Source of the DNA: Squalus acanthias
Lineage: Eukaryota
Direction of reading: 5' to 3'
Assembly (NCBI GenBank): GCA_030390025.1
Contig: JASTWF010000336.1
Location: forward strand, 124,001 to 188,000
DNA: 64,000 nt
This document shows positions 1 to 11,950 of this stretch, piece by piece. The number at the start of each line of letters is the position of its first letter. The stretch's first letter is position 1. The notes under the pieces were generated by a model. The model was not told the DNA's origin and did no database searches. It saw only the letters and a list, made by a program, of their open reading frames with translations. Position numbers and translations under genes: made by a program.

Positions 1-404
1 GCGGCCTGGAGGAGTCCGTCTTTCACGTTTATACAGAGTGTGAGAGGTTGCAGCCCCTCTTTCATTATTTGAAGGGGCTGCTCCTCGATTTTTTGTTGCA
101 CTTCAGCCCCACGCTCCTGATCTACGGTCACCCGGTGCGGAGGGGAGTGGGCAGGTCGGAGGACCTCCTCGTAGGACTGCTCCTGGGCCTGGCTAAAAAA
201 GCCATTAATTGGTCCAGGCAGCGGGCGGTCGAGGGGGTCGTTCGGCCCGATTGCCTGCCTCTTTTCCACGGTCATGTTCGCGCCTGGGTGGCCCTGGAGA
301 TGGAGCAAGCGGTGTCCGCCGGCACGCTTGAGTTTTTCCGCGACCAGTGGGCGCCGCGGGGACTGGAGTGCATCGTCACCCCGGGCTACCAAATTTTAAT
401 TTAA
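1..404 (+). mobile_element. 3' end of L1/Tx1-like non-LTR retrotransposon ORF2 (C-terminal zinc-knuckle region), cut by the window edge
   Basis: Frame 3 from base 3 reads GLEESVFHVYTECERLQPLF..., the E-S/T-x-x-H-x-x-x-x-C half of the CCHC motif after RT in L1/Tx1 ORF2. Open to the stop at 404, then a T-rich tail. Confidence 0.7.
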
Positions 405-546
405 TTTGTTAAGGTTTATTTAAAGTTTTATTGATTTACAGTTTATTTGGTTAACCACCCAAATTAAAAGAGTGCACGCTAATCTCTTATGCAGGACCTT
501 ATCGAAAGCCTTCTTTTTGTAACATTTAAATCAGCAAAAATGGGAT

Positions 547-1309
547 TGTTAGATTCGAATTTGGAGAAACTCTAGACGGAGACGGAATTGAGGACAAGTT
601 CAGAATTTATTAAAATAAACAAAAGACTTGTGCACAAGGGAGAGCCACTCAGCTTCCTCAAGCTAGGGGCGCACTCTCTGAGGAACAAGTAACGGTTCAT
701 TCAAGTTATACATTTCTATAAGCACCGCCCACTTACTACAGAATGGGGCGTACACGTACAAACAGTGTCACTACAGTTACTCTCTATTGGTTATATGGTT
801 AGTCACTCAACTGTCGGGCCCTCCCCTTGAACCCTGACCATGCCAGTCACAGATGTTGGTTGCCTCATCCTACTCCCCAAATTCTTGCTGTTATCTCTTC
901 CTTTGCAGGCATAGTTTATAGTTTGAGAAAACATATTTTATCCCTAGCTGTCGGACAAAGCGGGGTGGCTCAAGGCCGTAATGGCTTGGATGCTCAATGA
1001 CTGGAACCGTGTTGGTCATTAATTGCTCCCTTATCTCTTGGGCGACCAGGTTCGAATAGTAGATGTACCCCCCGTGCCTGGAACTGTGTTGGTTGTTAAT
1101 TGCTCCCTTATCTCTTGGGAGGCCAGGCTGTGCTTTGACACTGGCTCTACTGAGGTTGTGAATACATATATCCCAAGGTTTGATAAGGGGAGGGAGGCAC
1201 CTTCCAGTCTACAAATATGCCTTAATTAGCTAAACCTACTATCCGAAATAAGTAGAGGGTAATGTAGTCAAGTATCCCAGAGTTCTTTGGGAACAAGCTG
1301 GATCCTTCA
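547..1309 (-). mobile_element. Probable endogenous retrovirus solo LTR (763 bp)
   Basis: TG...CA ends (minus strand TGAAGG...CTAACA) with a 4-bp TSD GGAT at 543-546 and 1310-1313. In minus-strand order: ~22-bp direct repeats (1021-1042, 1098-1120), CCAAT (786-790), GC box (725-730), TATA-like (706-720), AATAAA (606-611). Confidence 0.7.
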
Positions 1310-1452
1310 GGATTGTTTCACAAATCGCTTTTATCATTCATTAAATGGGCCACAGTGAGAGGATGTTAATTATCATCCGAATTACTGATAAAACGAGTGT
1401 GTGACCCGAACCCTGGAATGGGAGTTCCTGAAGAGGTTTACACTTTCCATCC

Positions 1453-1652
1453 GTTGAGATTTTTTTTCACCCAGAGGGTGGTGGGGGTCTGGAACTTGTA
1501 GCTCAAAGGGTGACAGAGGCAGAAACCCTCATCGCATTTAAAAAAAGTACTTGGATATGCACTTGAAGTGCCGTAAACTGCAAGGCTTCTGACCAAGAGC
1601 TGGAAAGTGGGATTTGACTGGATAGATTTTATTTGGCCCACACAGACACGAT
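1453..1652 (+). mobile_element. CR1/HER1 LINE 3' fragment (continues at ~2249-2310)
   Basis: ttcacccagagggtggtgggggtctggaact matches the CR1 ORF2 C-terminus (FTQRVVGVWN). Paralogous to 37600-37840. Confidence 0.7.
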
Positions 1653-1724
1653 TTCTATGATCCGATACATCCCAGAAACAGACCGCTATAGAGGAAAACC
1701 CACACTCACATACTAGAGATACAA

Positions 1725-2129
1725 AGCACTGGTGCCTCACAGCGCCAGGGACCCGGGTTCGAATCTGACCTCGGGTGACTGTCTGTGTGGAGTTTGCACA
1801 TTCTCCCCGTGTCTGCGTGGGTTTCCTCCGGGTGCTCCGGTTTCCTCCCACAGTCCAAAAATGTGCGGGTTAGGTTGATTTGGCTATGATAAATTGACCC
1901 TTAGTGTTAGGGGGGATTAAATATGTGGGGTTATGGGGATAGGATGGGATATGTTAGGGGGAATTAAATACGTGGGGTTACGGGGGTAGGGTGGGATATG
2001 TGTACTGTGGGGATTAAAGCAGGGACAGGGTACTGGATTTGAATGATCAGCCATGATCGTATTGAATGGTGGAGCAGGCTCGACGGGCCGAATGGCCTAC
2101 TCCTGCTCCTAGATTCTATGTTTCTATGT
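1725..2129 (+). mobile_element. HE1-like V-SINE (tRNA-derived, HER1/CR1 tail)
   Basis: B-box gggttcgaatc; V-domain gtggagtttgcacattctccccgtgtctgcgtgggtttcctccgg; CR1-type tail gggccgaatggcctactcctgctcct ending in ttctatg repeats. Confidence 0.85.
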
Positions 2130-2420
2130 TTAACTCTCAGTCACATCCCAAACAGTAACAGATAGAGAGTAAAATCAACATCCTCAGAAATCCCAGATCA
2201 GAAACTGACAGGTACAGAAGTGCCGCAACCGACAAGACTAAGGCCGGTAGACACGATGGGTCGAATAACATTTTTCTGTACCGTAAATGTCTACAAGTCT
2301 ATGAAAAAAGGCCATTCGGCCTATTCTGATTTAAAAGAGAAAGATATAAATCATCGAATACAATGTAAATCAATGATCTATGCTCGCTCTAAGGTCACTG
2401 CTCTCTGTGAGGCGGTGGGT

Positions 2421-2436
2421 GGCTCTTAAAAGAGCC
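2421..2436 (-). terminator. Histone 3' stem-loop of H4 with downstream purine-rich element
   Basis: Minus strand GGCTCTTTTAAGAGCC-ACCCA followed by CACAGAGAG (U7-binding HDE-like). Confidence 0.95.
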
Positions 2437-2470
2437 TTTGTGTTGTGTTTGGTAGAAAGGGTCGAGTTGT

Positions 2471-2791
<321 letters not shown>

Positions 2792-3483
2792 TCACTCAAA
2801 TCGTCGCTAAATGAGAAGGTCTCGCCTTACAGCTTTATTTATACAGCCTGAGTGGACCTGGCTGAGAAAGGCAGACTGTGCGTGAGGCGGACGGGAGGGA
2901 GTTTGAATGAGAGACAGAGCAGAGAGCGGGAAGGGAGGAGACAGATCCAGAGTGAAAGAGAGAAAGGGCTCTGAGCTTCCAGCAACCTCTCCAAGTTGAA
3001 GTTACAATCCTCTAAAATCTTCACAAAAGCTAAATACATATTCAGATAAATCCTGATTTTCAAGGTTTTCCAGAAAGCAATAGACGGACAATAGAATTAA
3101 AATTCATTAAAGGAGACACGCTACACTTCAAATCTATTTCAGAATCATCAAATCCTTACAGCACATTAGAAGGCCATTCGGCCCGTCTGAAATCCGATTC
3201 TCATCCCTAAAACAAGCTTTTAATTCGTCGACAGGCGCTGGAAATGAACGGGTCTGCAAAGGGAAAGAGCGACCAGGGACCGTGTTTGGAGTTTACAGGG
3301 AGGCAAATTCAACAGCGACGCTGAGGTCGATCCGGACAATGAAACTACTTATCGGAGAATTCGAAACTAAACCTGCAGCTGGAACTTCAAACCATCTCAA
3401 ACACACTTGTGCAGGAAATAATGACAGTAAATTGAGTCTAAAGAGAGATGTGTTTGTGTAGCTCTTTCAAAGAGGTTGTGGGT

Positions 3484-3499
3484 GGCTCTTAAAAGAGCC
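3484..3499 (-). terminator. Histone 3' stem-loop of H2B
   Basis: Minus strand GGCTCTTTTAAGAGCC-ACCCA then TTTGAAAGAGCT (HDE). Confidence 0.95.
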
Positions 3500-3539
3500 A
3501 TTGTGTTCTGGGTTTGTTGGTTGAGGACAGCGTGGAGTT

Positions 3540-3917
3540 TTATTTGGAGCTGGTGTATTTGGTCACCGCCTTTGTCCCTTCAGACACGGCGTGCTTGGCC
3601 AGCTCCCCGGGCAGCAGCAGGCGCACGGCGGTCTGGATCTCCCGGGAGCTGATGGTGTGCCGCTTGTTGTAATGGGCCAGGCGGGAAGCCTCACCCGCGA
3701 TGCGCTCGAAAATATCGTTCACAAACGAGTTCATGATGCTCATGGCCTTGGAGGAGATGCCGGTGTCGGGGTGAACCTGCTTCATCACTTTGTAGATGTA
3801 GATGGAGTAACTCTCCTTCCTCGACTTTCTGCGCTTCTTGCCGCCCTTCGCTGCCGGTTTAGTGACGGTTTTCTTGGCGCCCTTCTTGGCAACTGGTTTC
3901 TTCTTTTCATCAACCAT
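3540..3917 (-). CDS. H2B: Histone H2B (125 aa, N-terminus MVDEKKKP)
   Basis: Full H2B fold ([10 protein letters not shown]...[21 protein letters not shown]). First ATG is at 3917; the ORF-track extension starts at a non-ATG codon. Confidence 0.96.
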   Translation of the reverse strand: MVDEKKKPVAKKGAKKTVTKPAAKGGKKRRKSRKESYSIYIYKVMKQVHPDTGISSKAMSIMNSFVNDIFERIAGEASRLAHYNKRHTISSREIQTAVRLLLPGELAKHAVSEGTKAVTKYTSSK

Positions 3918-3964
3918 TCTCAAACTCGATTTCAGACACAAAATGACGCGAATCCGCTCCGCGC

Positions 3965-4105
3965 TCGGATTAAATAGGCAGCCCCACAGTGCTATGCTAA
4001 TGAGGGATTGGTGAAGGCAATGATTTTTATTGGCTGGCTAGGAGTGATGTCAATTTCCATTGTTCTGCATCTCTCTGATTGGCTTCTTTATGTATCCAAT
4101 CAGAT
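3965..4105 (-). promoter_or_regulatory. H2B promoter: TATTTAA, octamer-like H2B box, CCAAT boxes, CRE-like site
   Basis: Minus strand CCTATTTAA and CTCATTAGCATA (one mismatch to ATTTGCAT), several ATTGG/CCAAT, and TGATGTCA. Conserved at 41435-41580. Confidence 0.75.
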
Positions 4106-5151
4106 TTAGTGTTTGCCACCAGAGTTCCCCCTGCAGTCAGAAAGGTCATTCCAAGAGCAGAGAGAGCATCATCGGCCCATTCCCCATTTCCCAGACCATT
4201 ATCCAGGGCCCCAAGCACTCCTTCGGACGAGACAGCAATTTAGATGTACTTCCTCCAACCTGTGCACTATATTCACGCCTTGAGGTGTGGTCTCCGCCAC
4301 TTTAGTTCAGTATCTGTCAGTCTCCAGTACTGTGTGTGTGGGAATAGTTCTGTATCACTCAGTCTCTGGTGATTTATGTAAATGTGGGGATCATTCTCAA
4401 TCTCAGTCTCTGTTACACTCGGAGTGTGGGATCCATTCGTTTCCTGTCCGTCACTGGTACCATGTGTCAGGGTGGGATTCCATCTGTATCCGACAGACTC
4501 TGGTACCGTGTGACAGTGTTGGGATTCATTCTGAATCTGTCATTCTCTGGTACTGTATGTGTGTGTGAAATTAATTCTTTATCTGTCTGTCACTGGGCCG
4601 TGCGAGTCTGAGATTCATTCTGTATCTGTCAGTCTCTGGTACTGTGTGTGAGTGTGTGATTCATTCTCTATCAGTCAGTCTCTGGTATTGTATGTTAGTG
4701 TCAGATTAGTTCTGAATCAGTCTGTCTCTGGTACTGTATTTCAGCAAAGGATTCCACATGAATCTGCTACTCACTCGGTTTATGAATGTGGGATTCGTAC
4801 TGTATCTATCAGTCTCTGGTACTTGATGTTAGTTTGAGATTCATTCCATTTCTGCTAGTATCTGGTACTTTGTCAGTGTGGCACTGAATCGATCTGTAAA
4901 TCAATCGTACTGCATATGATTGTGTACTCATTCTGTATCTGTCATGGGCTCTGATACTCTGTGTCAGCGTGAGAATAATTCTCTGTCTGTCAGTCTATGT
5001 TCTGTAGGTGTGTGTTAGAGTAATTATATATCTGTCAATCTCTGGTGCTGTACGTGAGAGTGAGATTCATTCTGTACCAATCAGTCTTTAATGTGTGGTT
5101 AATTTTTTCTATAATTTTCTGGTACTGTATACAAATGTGTATTAATTCTGT

Positions 5152-6025
5152 AATAGAAACAGAAAAAGTTGGAAATACTCAGCAGGTCAGGCAGCATCTG
5201 TGGAGAGAGAAACAGAGTTAACGTTTCAGGTCGATGACCCTTCGTCAGAACTGGAAAAAACTGGAGATGGAACAGGTTTTTAAGCAAGTGCAGGGGCAGG
5301 GAAAAGGGAGAGGGGAGGAAAGAACAAATGGGAAGGACTGTGATAGGATGGAAGGCAGGAGAGATTAAGAGACATTGAGAGAGATTAAGAGATGGTGCAA
5401 GGCAAAAGGAGATGGTAATGGGACAAGTTAAGAAACAAAAGATGGCTCTAGATGAAGTGTAAATGGCACTGGTAGAATGAAAGACAGCTGCCATGTGGGA
5501 GAGAGAGATAAAAAAATGGGAAAAAAAGGTTATGGTCTGAAATTGTTGAACTCGATGTTGAGTCCAGAAGGCTGTAAAGTGCCTTATCGAAAGATGAGGT
5601 GCTGTTCCTCGAGCTTACGTTGAGCTTCATTGGAACAGTGTAAGAGGCCGAGGACGGTGAGGTCTGAGTGGGAGCGGAGCGGAGCGGAGAATTAAAGTGA
5701 CAGGTCACCGGAAGCTCGGGGTCACCCTTACGGACTGAACGGAGGTGTTCCGCAAAGTGCTCACCCAATCTGCGTTTGGTCTCCCCAGTGTAGAGGAGAC
5801 CGCATCGTGAGCAGGGAATGCAGTATACTAAATTGCAAGAAGTACAAGTAAATCGCTGTTTCACCTGGAAGGAGTGTTTGGGGCCCCGGACAGTAGGAAG
5901 GGTGGAGGGAGAAGGGCAGGTGTTGCATCTCCTGCGCTTGCACGGGAAGGTGCCGGGCGAAGGGGAAGGGGTGTTAGGGGTGATAGAGGAGTGGACCAGG
6001 GTGTCGCGGAGGGAGCAGTGCTTTC
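5152..6025 (-). mobile_element. 5'-truncated Penelope-like element, family A (Cys linker + GIY-YIG fragment + hammerhead tail)
   Basis: Minus strand PCKRRRCNTC then NLVYCIPCSRCGLLYTGETKRRLGEHF. 14-bp TSD tgtattaattctgt at 5138-5151 and 6026-6039. The empty site is present near 42458. Confidence 0.88.
5216..5252 (-). ncRNA. Minimal type I hammerhead ribozyme motif
   Basis: Minus strand AGTT-CTGACGA-AGGGTCATCGACCT-GAAACGTT-AACT: stem I, CUGANGA core, stem II, GAAA, palindromic stem III (AACGTT). Confidence 0.8.
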
Positions 6026-6430
6026 TGTATTAATTCTGTGTCTGTCATCCTCTGATACTCTGTGTCAGTGTGAGATTCATTCTCTCTCTCTGCCAATCTG
6101 TGATACTGTATGTGAGATTGAGATTTATTCTATATCTGTCAATTCCTGGTATGGCATGCGAGTTTGGGATTTATTCTGTACCTGTCAGTCTATGATACTG
6201 TATGTGAGAGTTAGTTTAATTCTCTCTGTCACTATCTGGTACTGTATGTGACAGTGAGATACATTCTGTATCTGTTAGTCTCTGGTATTATGTGTGAGCG
6301 TGAGATTCATGCTGTATCAGTCAATCTTTAATACGCTGTATCAGAGTGGGATTCATTTTGTCTCTATCATTTTCTGGTCCTGTATAGAGTGTGGAATTCA
6401 TTCTGTACCTGTCTGTCTCTCATACTCTGT

Positions 6431-8035
6431 CATAGAGTCAGAGTTATACAGCACAGAAAGAGGCCCTTCGGCCCATCGTGTCCGCACCGGCCATCAAGCC
6501 CTATCTATTCTAATCCCATTGTCCAGCACTTGGTCCGTAGCCTTGTATGCTATGGCGTTTCAAGTGCTCATCTAAATGCTTCTTGAATGTTGTGAGGGTT
6601 CCTGCCTCTACCACCCTTTCAGGCAGTGAGTTCCAGATTCCAACCACTCCCTGGGTGAAAAAGTTTTTCCTCAAATCCCCTCTAAACCTCCTGCCCCTTA
6701 CCTTGAAACTCTGCCCCCTGGTTATTGACCCCTCTACTAAGGGAAAAAGTTCCTTTCTATCTACCCTATCCATGCCCCTCATAATTTTGTACACCTCAAT
6801 CAGGTCCCCCCTCAGCCTTCTCTGCTCTAAGGAAAACAACCCCAGCCTGTCCAGTCTCTCTTCTTAGCTGAAATGCTCCAGCCCAGGTAACATCCTGGTG
6901 AATCTCCTCTGCACCCTCTCCAATGCAATCACATCCTTCCTATAGTGTGGTGACCAGAACTGCACACGGTATTCCAGCTGTGGCCTAACTAGCGTTTTGT
7001 ACAGCTCCATCATAACCTCCCTGCTCTTACATTCTATGCCTCGGCTAATGAAGGCAAGTATCCCATATGCCTTCTTAACCACCTTATCTACCTGTCCTGC
7101 TGCCTTCAGGGATCTATGTACATGCACACCAAGGTCCCTCTGATCCTCTGTCCTTCCTAGGGTCCTACCATTCATTGTGTATTCCCTTGCCTTGTTAGTC
7201 CTCCCAAAATGCATCACCTCACACTTTTCAGGGTTAAATTCCATTTGCCACTATTCTGCCCATCTGACTAACCCGTCTATATCGTCCTGTAGCCTGAGGC
7301 TTCCCTCCTCGCTATTTACCACTCCACCAATTTTTGTGTCATCTGCGAACTTACTGATCATACCTCCTACATTCATATCTAAATCATTAATGTACACTAC
7401 AAACAGCAAGGTACCCAGCACCGATCCCTGCGGTACACCACTGGACACAGGCTTCCAGTCACAAAAACAACCTTCGACCATCACCCTCTGCCTAATGCCA
7501 CTAAACCAATTTTGGATCCAATGTGCCAATTGCCCTGGGCTCTTACCTTCTTGACCAGTCTCCCATGCGGAACTTTGTCAAAAGCCTTACTGAAGTCCAT
7601 GTAGACTACATCAACTGCACTACCCTCATCCACACACCTAGTCACCCCCTCGAAAAATTCAATCAAATTGGTTCGACATGATCTCCCCCTGACAAAGCCA
7701 TGCTGACTATCCTTGATTAATCCTTGCCTCTCCAAGTGGAGACTAATTCTGTCCCTCAGAATTTTTTCCAATAATTTCCCTACCACTGATGTTAGGCTCA
7801 CTGGCCTGTAATTCCCTGGTTTATCCCTACTACCCTTCTTGAATAATGGTAGTACGTTAGCAGTCCTCTGGTACCTCCCCTGTGGCCAGAGAGGTTCTGA
7901 AAATTTGTGTCAGAGCCCCTGCAATCTCCTCCCTTGCCTCACACAGCAGCCTGGGATACATCTCATTTGGGCCTGGGGATTTATCCACTTTTAAGCCCGC
8001 TAAAACCGTTAGTACCTCCTCCCTCTCAATGCTAA
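6431..8035 (-). mobile_element. CR1/HER1 LINE, 5'-truncated, degraded RT
   Basis: ORF fragments QHGFVRGRSC, DFSKAFDKVPH, GVPQGSVLG, KFADDTK, RPQLEY, and a 3' UTR tail. Confidence 0.92.
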
Positions 8036-9797
8036 ATGTGTTAATGTGAGATTCATTCTCTCTGTCAGTTTATGATTCTGTATGAGAGATTTAGATTAAT
8101 TCAGTATCTGTCATTCTCTGGTGCTGTATGTAAGTGTGGGATTCATTCTGTATCTGTCAGTCTCTGATACTGTATGAGAGAGGGAGATGTATTCTATATC
8201 AGTCAGTTTCTGGCACGGCATGAGAATTTGAGAATCATTCCATAACTATCAGTCTCTGATACCTTATTTGAGAGATAGATTAATTCTGGCTCGGTTAATC
8301 TCTGGTACTGTATGTGAGAGTTATATCCAATCTTTATCTCTCAGACTTAGATACTCTTTGTCACATACAGTACCAGAGACTGACAAATCCAGTATTCATC
8401 ACACACTGACAATGAGGTGTGTATCTGTCAGTCTCTGGTAATGTGTGTGACTGAGAATCATTCTGTATGTCAGTCTCTGATACTCTGTGTCGGTGTGTGA
8501 TTGATTCTGTATTGGTCAGTGTCTAGTACTGTATGTGACAAAGAGGTACTTTCTGTATCTGTCAGTCTCTGATACTGTATGTGAGAGATAGATTAATTCT
8601 GGGTCTGTCAGTCTCTGATACTGTATGTGAGAGATAGATTAATTCTGGGTCTGTCAGTCTCTGATACTGTATGTGAGAGATAGATTAATTCTGGGTCTGT
8701 CAGTCTCTGATACTGTATGTGAGAGATAGATTAATTCTGGGTCTGTCAGTCTCTGATACTGTATGTGACAGTTAGATTAATTCTGTAAATGACAGTCTCT
8801 GATACTGTATGTGAGAGTGAGGTTAATTCTGTTTCTGTCAGTCTCTGGAGCTCCATGTGAGATTTAGATTAATGCTGTGTCTCTCAGTCTCCGGTACTGT
8901 GTGTGAGAGTAAGAATCATTCTGTATGTCTGTCTCTGATACTCTTGTCATTGTGTGATTGATTCTGTTTTTGTCAGTTTCTGGTACTTTTTGTGACAGTG
9001 AGGTACATTCTCTGTCAGTCTCTGGATTATGTGTGAGAGTGAGATTCATTCTGTATCAGTCAGTCTTTCATAATCAGTGCCAGTATGGGATTCATTTTGT
9101 CTATCATTTTCTGGTACTGTATGTGAGTGTGGGATCCATTCTGTGTCTGTCACCCTCTGATACTCTGTGTCAGTGTGTGATTCAATCTGTACCTGTCAGT
9201 CTCTGGTACGTGAATGTGGATTTTACTCTGTATCTGTTAGTCTGTGGTGTGCGAGGGTGTTTTTTTTTCTATATCTGTCAGTTTCTGGTTTCCGAGGGTT
9301 GGTTTTAATCTTTACCCGTCAGTTTCTGGTATGGAAGAGTGGGTGGTCATTCTGTACCTGACAGTCTCTGGTGTGTGACTGTGGCTTTATTCTGTATCTG
9401 TGAGGCTCGAGGGGCCGTACGGTCTACTCCTGCTTCTAATTCTTATGTCTCTGGGATGTGAGTGTGGGTTTCCGTCTGTAGTTGTCAGTTTCTGCCACGT
9501 GTGTGTGTTTTACTCTGTACCTGTCTGTCTCTGGGATGTGAGTGTGGGTTTTTCTTTGTACCAGTCAGTGTCTGGTATGTGAGTGTGGGCTTTATTTTGT
9601 ACCTGTTGGTTTCTGGTATGTGTGAGTGGATTGTATGATGTATCTGTCAGTTTCTGTTATATGATTGAGGATTTTACTCTGTCCCTGACAGTCTCTGGTA
9701 TGTGAGTGTGGGTTTTCCTCTGTCCCTATTCAGAGGGATTTGAGTGTCCTTTTACATGAATTGCAGAAATTTAACATGCAGGTACAACAATCAATTA

Positions 9798-10030
9798 GAA
9801 CATAAGAACATAAGAAATAAGAGCAGGAGTCGGCCATTTGGCCCTTTGAGTCTGCTCCACCATTCAATAAGATCATGGCTGATCTTCTACCTCAACTCCA
9901 CTTTCCTGAACTATCCCCATATCCCTTGTTTCCCTTAATATTCAAAAATCGATCGATCTCTGTCTTGAATATACTCAACAACTGAGCTTCCAAAGCCCTC
10001 TGGGATAGAGAATTCCAAAGATTCACCACC
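9798..10030 (-). mobile_element. CR1 LINE 3' tail fragment
   Basis: (agaacata)n tail plus gcaggagtcggccatttggccc. The same junction recurs at 46865-47040. Confidence 0.8.
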
Positions 10031-11950
10031 CTTTAGAGTTCAGCAAAAAAGGAACAAGAGATTGACTAAGAGGGGAAAAATAGAGTATGAGAGTAAGCTT
10101 GCAAGGAACATAAAAGCAGATTGTAAAAGCTTCTACAAGTATGTAAAAAGAAAAAGATTAGTGAAGACAAATGTAGGTCCCTTACAGTCAGAAACGAGAT
10201 AATTTATAATGGGGAACAAGGAAATAGCAGAGCAATTAAACAAATACTTTGCTTCTGTCTTCATGGAAGAGAACACAAATAACTTCCCAGAAATGCTAAG
10301 GACCCAAGGGTCTAGTGAGAAGGAGGACTGAAAGGAAATTAGTATTCGTAAAAAAATAGTGCTGGAGAAATTAATGGGACAGAAAGCCGATAAATCCCCA
10401 GGGCCTGATAATCTGCATCCCAGAGTACTAAAAGAGGTAGCCATGGAAATAGTGGATGCATCGGTTGTCATCTTCCAAAATTCTATAGATTATGGAACAG
10501 TTCCTGCAGATTGGAGGGTGGCAAATGTAACCCTACTATTTAAAAAAGGTGCGAGAGAGAAAACAGGGAACTACAGACCGGTTAGCCTAACATCAGTAGT
10601 AGGGAAAATGCTAGAGTCTATTATACAGGATGTGATAACAGGACACTTAGAAAATATCAACGGGATTAGACAAATTCAACATAGATTTATGAAAGGGAAA
10701 TCGTATTTGACAAACCTACTGGAATTTTTTGAGGATGTAACTGGTAGAATAGATAAGGGAGAACCAGTGGATGTGGTGTATTTGGATTTTCAGAAGGCCT
10801 TTGATAAAGTCCCACATAAGAGGTTAATGTGCAAAATTAAAGCACATGGGATTGGGGGTAATATCCTGACATGGATTGAAAATTGGTTAATAGACAGGAA
10901 ACAGAGAGTAGGAATAAATGGGTCTTTTCCGGGGTGGCAGGCGGTGACTAGTGGGGTACCACAGGGATCAGTGCTTGGGCCCCAGCTATTCACAATATAT
11001 ATCAATGATTTGGATGAGGGAACCAAATGTAATATTTCCAAGTTTGCTGACGACAGGAAACTAGGTGGAATTGTGAGTTGTGAGGAGGATGCAAAGAGGC
11101 TTCAAGGCGATTTAGACAAGTTGAGTGAGTGGGCAAATACATGGCAGATGCAGTATAACGTGGATAAATGTGAAGTTATCCACTTAGGTAGGAAAAACAG
11201 AAAGGTAGAGTATTATTTAAATGGTGATAGATTGGGAAATTTTGATGTACAAAGGGAACTGGGTGTCCTGTACACCAGTCACTGAAAGCAAACATGCTGG
11301 TGCAGCAAGCAGTTAGGAAGGCAAATGGTATGTTGGCCTTCATTGCAAGATGATTTGAGTACAGGAGCAAGGATGTCTTACTGCAGTTATACAGGGCCTT
11401 GGTGAGACTACACCTGGAGCACTGTGTGCAGTTTTGGTCTCCTTACCTAAGAAAGGATATACTTGCCATAGAGGGAGTGCAGCGAAGGTTCACCAGACTG
11501 ATTCCTGGGATGGCAGGTCTGTTGTATGATTGGGTCAACTAGGCCTGTATTCACTCGAGTTTGGAAGAATGAGAGGGGATCTCATTGAAATGTATAAAAT
11601 TCTGACAGGGCTAGACAGACTGGATGCAGGGAGGATGTTTCCTCTGGCTGGGGGGTCGAGAACGAGGGGTCACAGTCTCAGGATATGGGGTAGGACATTT
11701 AGGACTGAGATGAGGAGAAATTTCTTTAGTCAGATGGTGGTGAACCTGTGGAATTCTCTACTGCACCTGTGGAGGCCAAGTCACTGAATATATTTAAGAA
11801 GTAGATAGATTTCTGGACGTAAAAGGCGTAAAGGGGTATGGGGAGAGAGCAGGAATATGGTATTGTAATAGAGGATCAGCCATGATCATATTGAATGGTG
11901 GAGCAGGCTCGAATGGCCTACTCCTGCTCCTATTTTTCTATGTTCTATGT
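10031..11950 (+). mobile_element. CR1/HER1 LINE, 5'-truncated
   Basis: 308-aa RT fragment (NYRPVSLTS, DFQKAFDKVPH, GVPQGSVLGP, KFADD) and an intact 3' tail. Confidence 0.93.

Larger units (their letters stand above)
4303..9732. repeat. Degenerate tandem satellite array (46-bp units, then 41-bp units), interrupted by retroelements
   Basis: Recurrent tctgtatctgtcagtctctggtactgtatgtgagtgtgggattcat. Near-perfect 46-bp run at ~8557-8800. Confidence 0.9.

Noticed and set aside
4150..4300. Possible decayed histone ORF divergent from H2B
   Set aside because: Only a short atccaggg match to H4; no convincing histone translation by eye.
8557..8800. Regular repeats superficially like a CRISPR array
   Set aside because: Head-to-tail 46-bp monomers with no unique spacers, no cas genes, and a eukaryotic context; this is a satellite.
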